DNA of 57,296 nt from Candidatus Onthoplasma sp. Lineage in GTDB: Bacteria > Bacillota > Clostridia > Christensenellales > UBA1242. The stretch lies in the NCBI GenBank assembly GCA_045598895.1, contig JAZRUZ010000016.1, positions 1 through 57,296 of the forward strand, given 5' to 3'. Below the pieces are notes generated by a model, which saw only the letters and a program-made list of their open reading frames with translations, had not been told where the DNA came from and did no database searches. The position numbers were made by a program, and so were the translations under genes. Shown here in pieces: positions 25,336 to 33,540 of this stretch (position 1 is its first letter; each line of letters starts with the position of its first letter).

Positions 25336-25920
25336 TTATAGTCTTTCCATATATTCGCCTGTACGAGTATCAACACGAATTCTGTCGCCTTCGTTAACGA
25401 ATAAAGGAACTTGAAGTACGAAGCCTGTTTCGAGAGTTGCTGGTTTACCACCTGTTTTTACTGTATCGCCTCTAACTCCTGGCTCAGCCTTAGTGATTGT
25501 CAATTCTACGAAAGTAGGTGCAACAACTTTAATTGGAACACCATTATAGAACATAACTTGGCAGTTAGTGTTTTCAATAACGAAGTTCATAGCCTCTTTA
25601 ACGCTTTCATAGTTGAAAGGAATTTGTTCGTAAGTTTCATTATCCATGAAATAGTAAAGGTCGCCATCTTTATATAAATACATTAATTCTTTATTTTCGA
25701 TAGTAGCCTCTTCCAATTTTTCACTTGGATTGTGGTTAAATTCCAAAACTTTTCCTGTTAACAAATCTTTTTGTTTTATTGTAATGAAAGCAGCACCTTT
25801 TCCTGGTTTTACGTGTTGAAATTCAATAACTTGTTGTAAACTAGGACGATGTGGATCAGTAGACTTTCCGTCATCAAAAATTATACCCTTTTTAACGTCT
25901 CCTGCATAAATAGTACTCAT
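25336..25920 (-). CDS. efp: Elongation factor P
   Basis: 194 aa with the [13 protein letters not shown] loop. AAGGAG Shine-Dalgarno. Confidence 0.95.
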   Translation of the reverse strand: [194 protein letters not shown]

Positions 25921-25953
25921 AATTTATCTCCTTTTTCTTCTTAATACTTTTAT

Positions 25954-25982
25954 ATTATAACATATTTTTTTAATATTTCCAA
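25954..25982 (-). promoter_or_regulatory. Extended -10 sigma-A promoter of efp
   Basis: Minus strand TTGGAA (25982..25977), 17 nt ending in TGT, then TATAAT (25959..25954). Confidence 0.6.
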
Positions 25983-26007
25983 CTTATTTTTTTGTTAAAA
26001 CTAATTA

Positions 26008-26883
26008 TTAGCCTAAAAATATAGACATTTTTGCATGGTTATTCGTAACTTTTACAATCGCAACAACATTTCCGTTATCTTTTAATAGGTAGTTTCCGTC
26101 ATTAATTGAAGTTAGAACTGTCATGCCATTTAAAATATGTAAGGTATCATCTTTATCGAAAGTAATCTCATTGTAATTTAATATCTTTTCAATAGGAAGG
26201 ATAAACTCACTTATATTTTCTTTTGTTAAGTCGTTTACTTTACAGCAATCCTTTATATTAAAACGATCTATATCTGTTCTACATAGTTCAGTCATAGTTG
26301 CAAGAGAATTTGTCTTTTCACCTAAATCCCTTGCAAGTGAACGAACATAAGTTCCACTACCACATTTTATTTTTAAAGTTAGTTCGTTGTCAATAAAAGA
26401 CAAAATTTCAATATCTTCTATATAAACTCGTTTTGGTGGCAAGGTAAATTCTTTATTAATTCTAGCTAGATCATATGCTCTTTTACCATTAATATTTTTT
26501 GCGCTATATTTTGGTGGAACTTGATCAATGTATCCAATAAATTGTTTTATCGCATTATCAATATCTTCTATTGAAGGAATAATATTAGTTGTTTTAACGA
26601 TTTCCCCTTCGGCATCTAAAGTATCAGTCAAGTAGCCAAATTTAAACTTTGCTAAATAGGTTTTATTCTTTTCTTGCATTATGTCGAAAAGTTTAGTTGC
26701 TTTACCTATTGTCACAAGTAAAACTCCGGTGGCCATTGGATCAAGAGTACCTAGGTGACCTACCTTATTAGGATAGACAAAATGTTTGATTTTGTTAACA
26801 ACATCAAAACTTGTCCAGCTTTTATCTTTATTTACTGCTATAATACCATTATTTATTTTCATCATCTTCTGGATCTGTTGCAT
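26008..26883 (-). CDS. truB: tRNA pseudouridine-55 synthase
   Basis: Motif HLGTLDPMATGVLL. Follows rbfA. The true start may be one of the internal Met codons at 26865 or 26862. Confidence 0.93.
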   Translation of the reverse strand: MQQIQKMMKINNGIIAVNKDKSWTSFDVVNKIKHFVYPNKVGHLGTLDPMATGVLLVTIGKATKLFDIMQEKNKTYLAKFKFGYLTDTLDAEGEIVKTTNIIPSIEDIDNAIKQFIGYIDQVPPKYSAKNINGKRAYDLARINKEFTLPPKRVYIEDIEILSFIDNELTLKIKCGSGTYVRSLARDLGEKTNSLATMTELCRTDIDRFNIKDCCKVNDLTKENISEFILPIEKILNYNEITFDKDDTLHILNGMTVLTSINDGNYLLKDNGNVVAIVKVTNNHAKMSIFLG

Positions 26884-27220
26884 ATGTTATATCCTTTAAA
26901 ATGTTCTCAATTTTACTAGAATATTCCATTGAATTATCATATTTAAATTCGAGTCTTGGTGTTATTCTTAACTTTACCATTTTGCTAAGTTTGCCTCTAA
27001 TAAAACCTGCAGCGCCCTTAATTCGAGCCAAAACTTCTTCTTTAGGAGTTTTACCAATTGAAGAAATATAAACATTAGCATTTGCTAAATCAGGGGTTAT
27101 CTCAACACTTGTAACACTAATCATAGCGTCAATTTGAGGATCACGAATTTCGTTGTCAATAATGAAAGATAATGACTTTTGAATTTCACTATTAATTCTT
27201 TCTAATCTCACGTTCTTCAT
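26849..27220 (-). CDS. rbfA: Ribosome-binding factor A
   Basis: 123 aa. TAATG overlap with infB. Conserved infB-rbfA-truB order. Confidence 0.92.
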   Translation of the reverse strand: MKNVRLERINSEIQKSLSFIIDNEIRDPQIDAMISVTSVEITPDLANANVYISSIGKTPKEEVLARIKGAAGFIRGKLSKMVKLRITPRLEFKYDNSMEYSSKIENILKDITYATDPEDDENK

Positions 27221-29706
27221 TATTCATCAATCCTTTTAAGAGAATAACACTCGATGATATCTCCAACAGCAATTTCTTCGTAATCGGTTTTAATACCACA
27301 TTCTCTATCCTTGCCGGCTTCTTTCACGTCATCTTTAACAATTTTTAATGATTTAATTTCAGTGTCAATTATCACTTTATCATCACGATAAATTCTAGCG
27401 TGTTCGCCACGAAGAATTTTACCATCAAGGACACGCGAACCAGCGACAACACCTGCGTTAGACAAATTAAATACAGCAAGAACTTCTGCTTTACCATTGT
27501 AGACTTCTTCGTATTTTGGCTCTTTAAGTCCTTTAACAACTCTTTCAATTTCGTCAAGCAATTCGTAAATTATCTTGTATGAATAAATCTTAATTTTCAT
27601 TCTTTCTGCAAGAGTTTTTACTTTGCTGTCTTGACCAATATTAAACGCAATAACCATAGCATTTGATGCATTGGCAAGTATTAAATCACTTTCAGTAATC
27701 GCACCAACGCCTGAGTGTAAAATATTAATTTTAACTTCGTCGTTAACTAACTTCATCACTGAAGATTTAATTGCTTCAAGAGAGCCATTGACGTCAGTTT
27801 TTAAGACGATGTTTAATATCTTCATGTCTTTTTCGCTAGTCTTTTGAATTAAATCTTCAAGGGTGTTACCACCACTACCTTTAATTAATTCTTCTTTTGC
27901 TTTTGCTTTTCTTTCTTCAACGATTTGCTTTGATAATTTCTCATCTACTGCAGTAAATATTTCACCAGCAGTTGGCACTTCACTAAAGCCTAAAACTGTT
28001 ACAGGCATTGATGGGGTTGCAACTTTAACTTGTTTGTTGTTTTCGTCAACCATAGCCTTAACTTTACATAGTGTAGTACCAGATACAATTGTATCACCAA
28101 TATTAAGCGAACCATCACGAACAATAAGTGACGCAATAGCACCTCTACCTTTATCAAGTCGAGATTCCATAATTGTACCCATTGCTGAAGTGTTAGGATT
28201 AGCCTTTAATCCTTGAACATCAGCAACCAATAATATTGTTTCTAAAAGTTTATCAATTCCTTCGCCTGTATGCGCTGAAATCTTACAAATAATAGCATCT
28301 CCACCCCATGCTTCAGGAAGAACATTGTGTTCAGCAAGTTGTTGCATAATTCTATCTGGATCAGCTTGTGGCTTATCCATTTTATTGATTGCAACGATCA
28401 TAGGAATATTTGCTGATTTAATGTGATTAATTGCTTCAACTGTTTGTGGCATAATACCATCGTCGGCTGCAACAATTAAAATAGCGATATCGGTAACTGA
28501 TGCGCCTCTTGCTCTCATAGCAGTAAAGGCTTCGTGTCCTGGAGTATCAATAAACGTAATATATTGATCCTTTACTTTCACTCTATATGCACCAATCGCT
28601 TGTGTAATACCACCTGCTTCAGCGTCAGTAACTTTTGTTTTTCTAATATAGTCAAGCAGACTTGTTTTACCATGGTCTACGTGACCCATTACTGTTACAA
28701 TTGGAGGTCTAACTACTGCATCGGCGTCATTATATGAACGAATATTAGTTTGTACATCTTTTAATTTGTCTTCGCTAGTTTTGTCCAACTTTTGAATAAT
28801 TTCTATACCAAAATCAGACATCACGAGTTCTGCAGTAGCAAAATCAATAGTTGAGTTGATAGTCACCATCATGCCAAGTTCCATAAACTTCTTGATAATT
28901 TCGCTGACAGGTTTTCCGCTAGATTCTGACAAAAGTTTAATAGTAATGTTATCTGTAGTAATAACAGCAGGACCTTGTGGTTTGTTAACTACTTCAGTTA
29001 CAATCTCTTTTTTCTTAGTCCTAATCTTTCTATTAAGCATTCTCTCTTCGCTGTTATCTTCAATCATACCACGCTTTAATAAATCACGCTTGCTGTATGA
29101 TCTCTTCTCTTCGTATTTCTCGCCTTCTTTTCTCTTATTGCCAAAATTTCTAGTAGGAGTCGAAGTAATAATTGGTTGAGCATAATTGATAGCAGGACGC
29201 TTGATACCATTATCCTTATTGAAAGGACGTTGACCTGGCTTAAAATTAGGATTTGGGCGTTGTCCAAAAGGACGAGCACCATTACTTTGTTGATTAAAAG
29301 GACGTTTGAATTGACTATTTTGATTATTCATTTGATTGAATGGTCTATTTTGATAATTAGGTCTAAAACCATTTTGATTTTTAAAATTATCAGGTCTTTT
29401 ATTAAGGTTCTTATCAAAAGGCTTGTCGAAAGACTTGTTAAAACTTGGTTTAACATTATGATTTTCTATGTTTGTTTTTTCTGGAGCCGTAGAAGTTGCA
29501 GGTTGTTTAACCTCTTTAACTTCTGCACTCTTAGAAGAGGTTAATAGATTATTCTCTTTCTCTTTTAAATTTCTAGTAAGAGCAGAAATTTCAGTTTTTA
29601 AATTATAAAATTTCTCAGCAAGATTTACTAACTCTCTATCTCCAACAAGAGATTGAAGTTTTTTAATAGATTTATTAAATTCTTGATTTTTAATTTCGTT
29701 AGCCAA
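27220..29706 (-). CDS. infB: Translation initiation factor IF-2
   Basis: 828 aa. G domain [28 protein letters not shown]-rich N-terminal region. TTG start 8 nt after AAGGAG. Confidence 0.97.
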   Translation of the reverse strand: MANEIKNQEFNKSIKKLQSLVGDRELVNLAEKFYNLKTEISALTRNLKEKENNLLTSSKSAEVKEVKQPATSTAPEKTNIENHNVKPSFNKSFDKPFDKNLNKRPDNFKNQNGFRPNYQNRPFNQMNNQNSQFKRPFNQQSNGARPFGQRPNPNFKPGQRPFNKDNGIKRPAINYAQPIITSTPTRNFGNKRKEGEKYEEKRSYSKRDLLKRGMIEDNSEERMLNRKIRTKKKEIVTEVVNKPQGPAVITTDNITIKLLSESSGKPVSEIIKKFMELGMMVTINSTIDFATAELVMSDFGIEIIQKLDKTSEDKLKDVQTNIRSYNDADAVVRPPIVTVMGHVDHGKTSLLDYIRKTKVTDAEAGGITQAIGAYRVKVKDQYITFIDTPGHEAFTAMRARGASVTDIAILIVAADDGIMPQTVEAINHIKSANIPMIVAINKMDKPQADPDRIMQQLAEHNVLPEAWGGDAIICKISAHTGEGIDKLLETILLVADVQGLKANPNTSAMGTIMESRLDKGRGAIASLIVRDGSLNIGDTIVSGTTLCKVKAMVDENNKQVKVATPSMPVTVLGFSEVPTAGEIFTAVDEKLSKQIVEERKAKAKEELIKGSGGNTLEDLIQKTSEKDMKILNIVLKTDVNGSLEAIKSSVMKLVNDEVKINILHSGVGAITESDLILANASNAMVIAFNIGQDSKVKTLAERMKIKIYSYKIIYELLDEIERVVKGLKEPKYEEVYNGKAEVLAVFNLSNAGVVAGSRVLDGKILRGEHARIYRDDKVIIDTEIKSLKIVKDDVKEAGKDRECGIKTDYEEIAVGDIIECYSLKRIDE

Positions 29707-29724
29707 TACACTATCTCCTTAATT

Positions 29725-30012
29725 TTATTTATCCATATAATCTACAATGGCGTTAGATAAACTTTCGTCTGTTATCGCCATAATTTTAATATCGTCAACG
29801 TGAGTGAACTTATTTAAATTCTCATTTAAAAGAATAAATTTACACTCATGTTTAGTAGCAATGTTTTTTCCTAAATTAATCAAATTCTCAGTTGAATCGT
29901 TTGAAAGTATAATCAAATAAATTTTCTTAGTACTACGTTTACATTGAGATTGCCCAAGTAAACATTTTTTTGATTTTATGGCAAAACCAATATAACTATT
30001 TAGTTTGTCCAT
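29725..30012 (-). CDS. ylxQ: L7Ae-family RNA-binding protein YlxQ
   Basis: 95 aa from MDKLNSYIGFAIKSKK. Lies between ylxR and infB. GGAGG just upstream. Confidence 0.8.
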   Translation of the reverse strand: MDKLNSYIGFAIKSKKCLLGQSQCKRSTKKIYLIILSNDSTENLINLGKNIATKHECKFILLNENLNKFTHVDDIKIMAITDESLSNAIVDYMDK

Positions 30013-30247
30013 ACTCCTCCAATTTTTCATAAAAACTGATATCAATATTTGTTCTAAAAGATTTATTAAAAAGTCTTTTTTTAATCGCTAAATCAATGCA
30101 ATTTTTGTCTTTACAAACATAAGCACCACGACCAAATATTTTTTCATCTTCTTCAATAAAAATTCCATTATCGTTTTTTACAACTCTAATTAAATTAGAT
30201 TTATCATTAGTTTTTCTGCAAGCAACACAAGTACGTGTTTCTTTCAT
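29996..30247 (-). CDS. ylxR: YlxR/RnpM family (DUF448) RNA-binding protein
   Basis: MKETRTCVACRKTNDKSNLIRVV signature. Directly downstream of nusA. ATG 30247 is preferred over GTG 30253. Confidence 0.88.
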   Translation of the reverse strand: MKETRTCVACRKTNDKSNLIRVVKNDNGIFIEEDEKIFGRGAYVCKDKNCIDLAIKKRLFNKSFRTNIDISFYEKLEEYGQTK

Positions 30248-30255
30248 ACACACCT

Positions 30256-31377
30256 CTATTCATCGATATCGTCGAAGAAGTCGTCGTCCAAAATAATGTT
30301 TGCACTCGTAGTAGAAACGACATCATTGTTCTTGTTTTCTTTCATAACTGCAGGTTTAACATCAATCTTATAGCCGGTAAGTTTAGCAGCCAAACGAACG
30401 TTGTGACCACCTTTACCGATAGCCAAAGATAATTTATTTTCAGGTACTAATACATTTGCAATACCTGCGACTGTATCAACTGTTATTTCACTAACTTCAG
30501 CAGGGCTTAAGGCTGCAACAATGTAATCAGCAGGGTTTTCGCTGTAATTAATGATATCTATTTTTTCGCCGTTTAATTCGTTAATAACATTGTTAATTCT
30601 CATACCTTTGTTACCAATACAAGCGCCAACAGCGTCAAGGTTAGCAACCTTTGTAGTAACAGCAATCTTAGTCCTTAAACCGGCCTCACGAACTACGCCA
30701 ACAACTTCTACATCACCGTTTTGAATTTCAGGAACTTCTAATTCAAGTAACATTTTAACAAAGTTAGGATGAATTCTAGAAACTTGAACAACAGTACCTC
30801 TGTAATCGTCTTTAATATGACGAACGTAAACTTTTATTCTATCTCCAGGTTTAAAACTATCGGTAGGAAGCATATCTCTCTTTGTTAGTAAACCTTCAAG
30901 AGTTGTACCACCAATCTCAAGATAAACATTGTCAATATCAACACGTTTTACGTTAGCAACAACAATCTTGCCTTCTTTTTCTGCAATATCTTTATAAACT
31001 GATTGTTTTTCAATCTCTTTAATCTTTTGAGTAATAACTTGTTTTGCAGTTTGAACAGCAATACGATTGAATTCTTTAGTGCTTTCTTCTTCGATAACCA
31101 AATCGCCAACTTTGTATGAGTGTTTGATTTGTTTTGCGTCTTCTAAACTGATTTCTTTCTCTTCGTCTTCTACATTTTCAACAACTGTTCTATAAGAATA
31201 AATCTTAATAGTGTTCTTCTCTGGATTTAATTTAACTTGCGCATTTTTAGCCATGCCACTATTCTTCTTGTAAGCAGCAGTAAGTGCTGTTTCCAATGCT
31301 GAGATGAACATTTCCTCGTTTATACCCTTCTCTTCTTCTAATAATTTAAGTGCTTCAAAAAAATCTTTATTAATCAT
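30256..31377 (-). CDS. nusA: Transcription termination/antitermination factor NusA
   Basis: 373 aa with S1 and two KH domains (GxxG: CIGNKGMRI, AIGKGGHNV). Acidic C-terminal tail. Confidence 0.96.
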   Translation of the reverse strand: MINKDFFEALKLLEEEKGINEEMFISALETALTAAYKKNSGMAKNAQVKLNPEKNTIKIYSYRTVVENVEDEEKEISLEDAKQIKHSYKVGDLVIEEESTKEFNRIAVQTAKQVITQKIKEIEKQSVYKDIAEKEGKIVVANVKRVDIDNVYLEIGGTTLEGLLTKRDMLPTDSFKPGDRIKVYVRHIKDDYRGTVVQVSRIHPNFVKMLLELEVPEIQNGDVEVVGVVREAGLRTKIAVTTKVANLDAVGACIGNKGMRINNVINELNGEKIDIINYSENPADYIVAALSPAEVSEITVDTVAGIANVLVPENKLSLAIGKGGHNVRLAAKLTGYKIDVKPAVMKENKNNDVVSTTSANIILDDDFFDDIDE

Positions 31378-31393
31378 TTATCTTTCTCCTAAT

Positions 31394-31846
31394 TTAAAAA
31401 TCAATATATGGTGTAATATATGCAATATCTGCTTTGTTTAGAGCCATATCGAAGTCGTCAACATTAACAACAACCATTTTGTCGTCCACTGACTTTAAAG
31501 TCGCTACAAACTCTTTTCTATCGTCAATCTTGCGATATAACTTAACATTAACTAACTTGTCATAATACTTCTTAAACTGCCAATCAAACTTTAATGGCTT
31601 ATCTAATCCGTAAGATGATACATCTAAAAAATATTTTTCATTATTAGTTGGATTAAGTTCGTCAAGAAGTTTATCTAACATATGGCTAGTGTTGACGCAA
31701 TCGTCAAGTGTAACTCCATTTTCCTTATCTATATATATAGTTAAATGCATTCCGTCGTTCTTCTTTGAATACTCGACATCAATAAGTTTCACGTCGCTAT
31801 CAAACTTTGACTTGATCGCCTCGTAAACATTTTCTGCTACCTTCAT
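31394..31846 (-). CDS. rimP: Ribosome maturation factor RimP
   Basis: 150 aa, first gene of the rimP-nusA-infB operon. AAGGAG Shine-Dalgarno. Confidence 0.9.
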   Translation of the reverse strand: MKVAENVYEAIKSKFDSDVKLIDVEYSKKNDGMHLTIYIDKENGVTLDDCVNTSHMLDKLLDELNPTNNEKYFLDVSSYGLDKPLKFDWQFKKYYDKLVNVKLYRKIDDRKEFVATLKSVDDKMVVVNVDDFDMALNKADIAYITPYIDF

Positions 31847-31871
31847 TGAATCTCCTTATAAAATTAATTAA

Positions 31872-31891
31872 GAGTGGCCGTCAAGCCACTC
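31872..31891 (-). promoter_or_regulatory. GC-rich leader hairpin of the rimP-nusA-infB operon (possible attenuator; also terminates read-through from the upstream gene)
   Basis: GAGTGGC-6 nt-GCCACTC, followed on the minus strand by TTAATTAATTTTAT. Located between the promoter at 31907..31935 and the rimP Shine-Dalgarno. Confidence 0.55.
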
Positions 31892-31906
31892 CTAGTAAAC
31901 ACTATA

Positions 31907-31935
31907 ATTATATCATATAATTTTAAATATATCAA
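31907..31935 (-). promoter_or_regulatory. Sigma-A promoter of the rimP operon
   Basis: Minus strand TTGATA (31935..31930), 17 nt, TATAAT (31912..31907). Confidence 0.6.
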
Positions 31936-31958
31936 TAGTTTTTATAAACTTTTTTAAA

Positions 31959-33488
31959 TTAATTTAAATTCATTAATTTAATGAAAACTTTTGCCGTTGC
32001 AGTCGCGTCATTAATTGCCCTATGTGCTCCGTCTAAAACTACGCCTAATCTATCGACTACTGTTCCCAATTTGTAATTTTTAAGACCAGGAAGTTTCTTC
32101 CTTGCCATTTCTAGAGTGTCAAGCAAAGGATTATCAAAATTATAGGCAAGTTTCTTACTCATATTGTAAATAAATCCAATATCAAAATTAACATTATGAC
32201 CAACCATAGTAGAGCCATGACAAAACTTATAGAAGTCAGGCATAACATAATTGATTGTCGGTGCGTCTTTTACCATCTCGTCGTCAATATGTGTTAAATT
32301 TGTTATTTCATTTGAAATATGCTTAGTAGGTTTTACAAAAGTCGAAAATACTTCACTAATTTTTCCATCGATAACTTTACAAGCGCCAATTTCAATTATC
32401 TCTTCTTTATTTGCTTCAAGTCCCGTTGTTTCTAGGTCAAATACTATGAAACTACCTTCAAAAGTTTTATCTTCTCCGCTAAACAAGTCACCTTGTTCAA
32501 AGTCTTCATATTTTGTAGGAATTACAGTGTGGTATTCGTCGTTGACGTGTTTAAATTGTGATTTTATTTCTTCTTTGAGGTATTCACACCTTGCAACAGA
32601 TTGTGCCGTAAAATTAAGTTTGCCTTTATAATCTCTAAAAGAGCCAAAACAACAAACTTTCATACCGACTTCAATCAAGTCGCCTTTGTTTTCATCTGCT
32701 TGGCGTGGAAATATTGAACAATACATAATTTTATTGTCATTTTTAATCGCGAACGAATAAAATGCCTTTTCAATTTCTTTCGTTTCGCCATTTTTTGTGT
32801 AAGTCCTATTGTATGTTCTACGTTGATTAGACACTACTTCGCCACAAATGACAACATTTTCAATAGGAGATGTTATTTTTGTGTAATCTATCGCCAAACT
32901 ATAATCATTTTCACCAATTATATTGGTTATTTCGCTCAATTTAAATACAGTTTTTTCTTCAGCCTCTTTTATACTAGACATTAATTCCATATTGTTTTTT
33001 ATAACGTCTTTTGCCTCTATCTCTTCTTCTTTCTTTGTAAACTTAACCTCAAAGTCAGCAAGGAAACTGTCGGATAAAATTTTTGCAATAAATTCTTCTC
33101 GATTTAGTCCTACTGCATGATCATAGTTTGTAGGTGTCAAGTTAAGCGTAACAACTACTTTCATATGTTGAATATCAACTGTTACGTCGTCATATGTAAA
33201 GTTTTTTGATAGTGCTGGAAAATTATTAACAATGGTCGTATATGTATGATTGGCTATAGTTCGTTTATCTAGCGGACAAGATTTAAAACTTAATTTATAG
33301 TTCACGAAATCTCCAATAATTTCTTTTAAATTTTTAATAATCTCTCCTTCTTTTTCTTCATTAATTTCGATACTTTCTGGATTATATAAAAAACTTACAA
33401 CTAAATCATTAGTTTTTTCGTTGTATTCTGCGTTTCTAAATTTCAAACCTAAAAACATTTTATTTAAAATGTCTAATTTGTTAGCCAT
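31959..33488 (-). CDS. PolC-like N-terminal/OB/3'-5' exonuclease protein (no PHP or polymerase domains)
   Basis: 509 aa in the polC slot between rseP and rimP. DEDDh motifs FDLETTGL, VGHNVNFDIGF and GAHRAINDA align closely with the PolC proofreading domain. An OB-like segment lies upstream (VICGEVVS...MKVCCFGSFRDYKGKLNF). The protein ends shortly after Exo III. Confidence 0.8.
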   Translation of the reverse strand: MANKLDILNKMFLGLKFRNAEYNEKTNDLVVSFLYNPESIEINEEKEGEIIKNLKEIIGDFVNYKLSFKSCPLDKRTIANHTYTTIVNNFPALSKNFTYDDVTVDIQHMKVVVTLNLTPTNYDHAVGLNREEFIAKILSDSFLADFEVKFTKKEEEIEAKDVIKNNMELMSSIKEAEEKTVFKLSEITNIIGENDYSLAIDYTKITSPIENVVICGEVVSNQRRTYNRTYTKNGETKEIEKAFYSFAIKNDNKIMYCSIFPRQADENKGDLIEVGMKVCCFGSFRDYKGKLNFTAQSVARCEYLKEEIKSQFKHVNDEYHTVIPTKYEDFEQGDLFSGEDKTFEGSFIVFDLETTGLEANKEEIIEIGACKVIDGKISEVFSTFVKPTKHISNEITNLTHIDDEMVKDAPTINYVMPDFYKFCHGSTMVGHNVNFDIGFIYNMSKKLAYNFDNPLLDTLEMARKKLPGLKNYKLGTVVDRLGVVLDGAHRAINDATATAKVFIKLMNLN

Positions 33489-33522
33489 ACTCTTATTATA
33501 ACAAAAAACTTAAGATTGTCAA
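33489..33522 (-). promoter_or_regulatory. Near-consensus extended -10 promoter placed for a leaderless transcript of the PolC-like gene
   Basis: Minus strand TTGACA (33522..33517), 16 nt ending in TGT, TATAAT (33500..33495), 6 nt (AAGAGT), ATG 33488. Confidence 0.6.
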
Positions 33523-33529
33523 TCTCAAG
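33503..33529 (-). terminator. Terminator after rseP; its loop contains the -35 of the next promoter
   Basis: Minus strand CTTGAGATTG-A-CAATCTTAAG, a near-perfect palindrome with one G-U pair, followed by TTTTTT. Confidence 0.65.
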
Positions 33530-33540
33530 CTTTTATTTAT

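Noticed and set aside
29100-29550. A repetitive N/Q/P/F-rich coding region in infB (RPFNQ-like units), considered as a possible repeat element.
   Set aside because: A low-complexity N-terminal region is a normal, highly variable feature of bacterial IF-2. I saw no exact DNA periodicity comparable with the LRR array.
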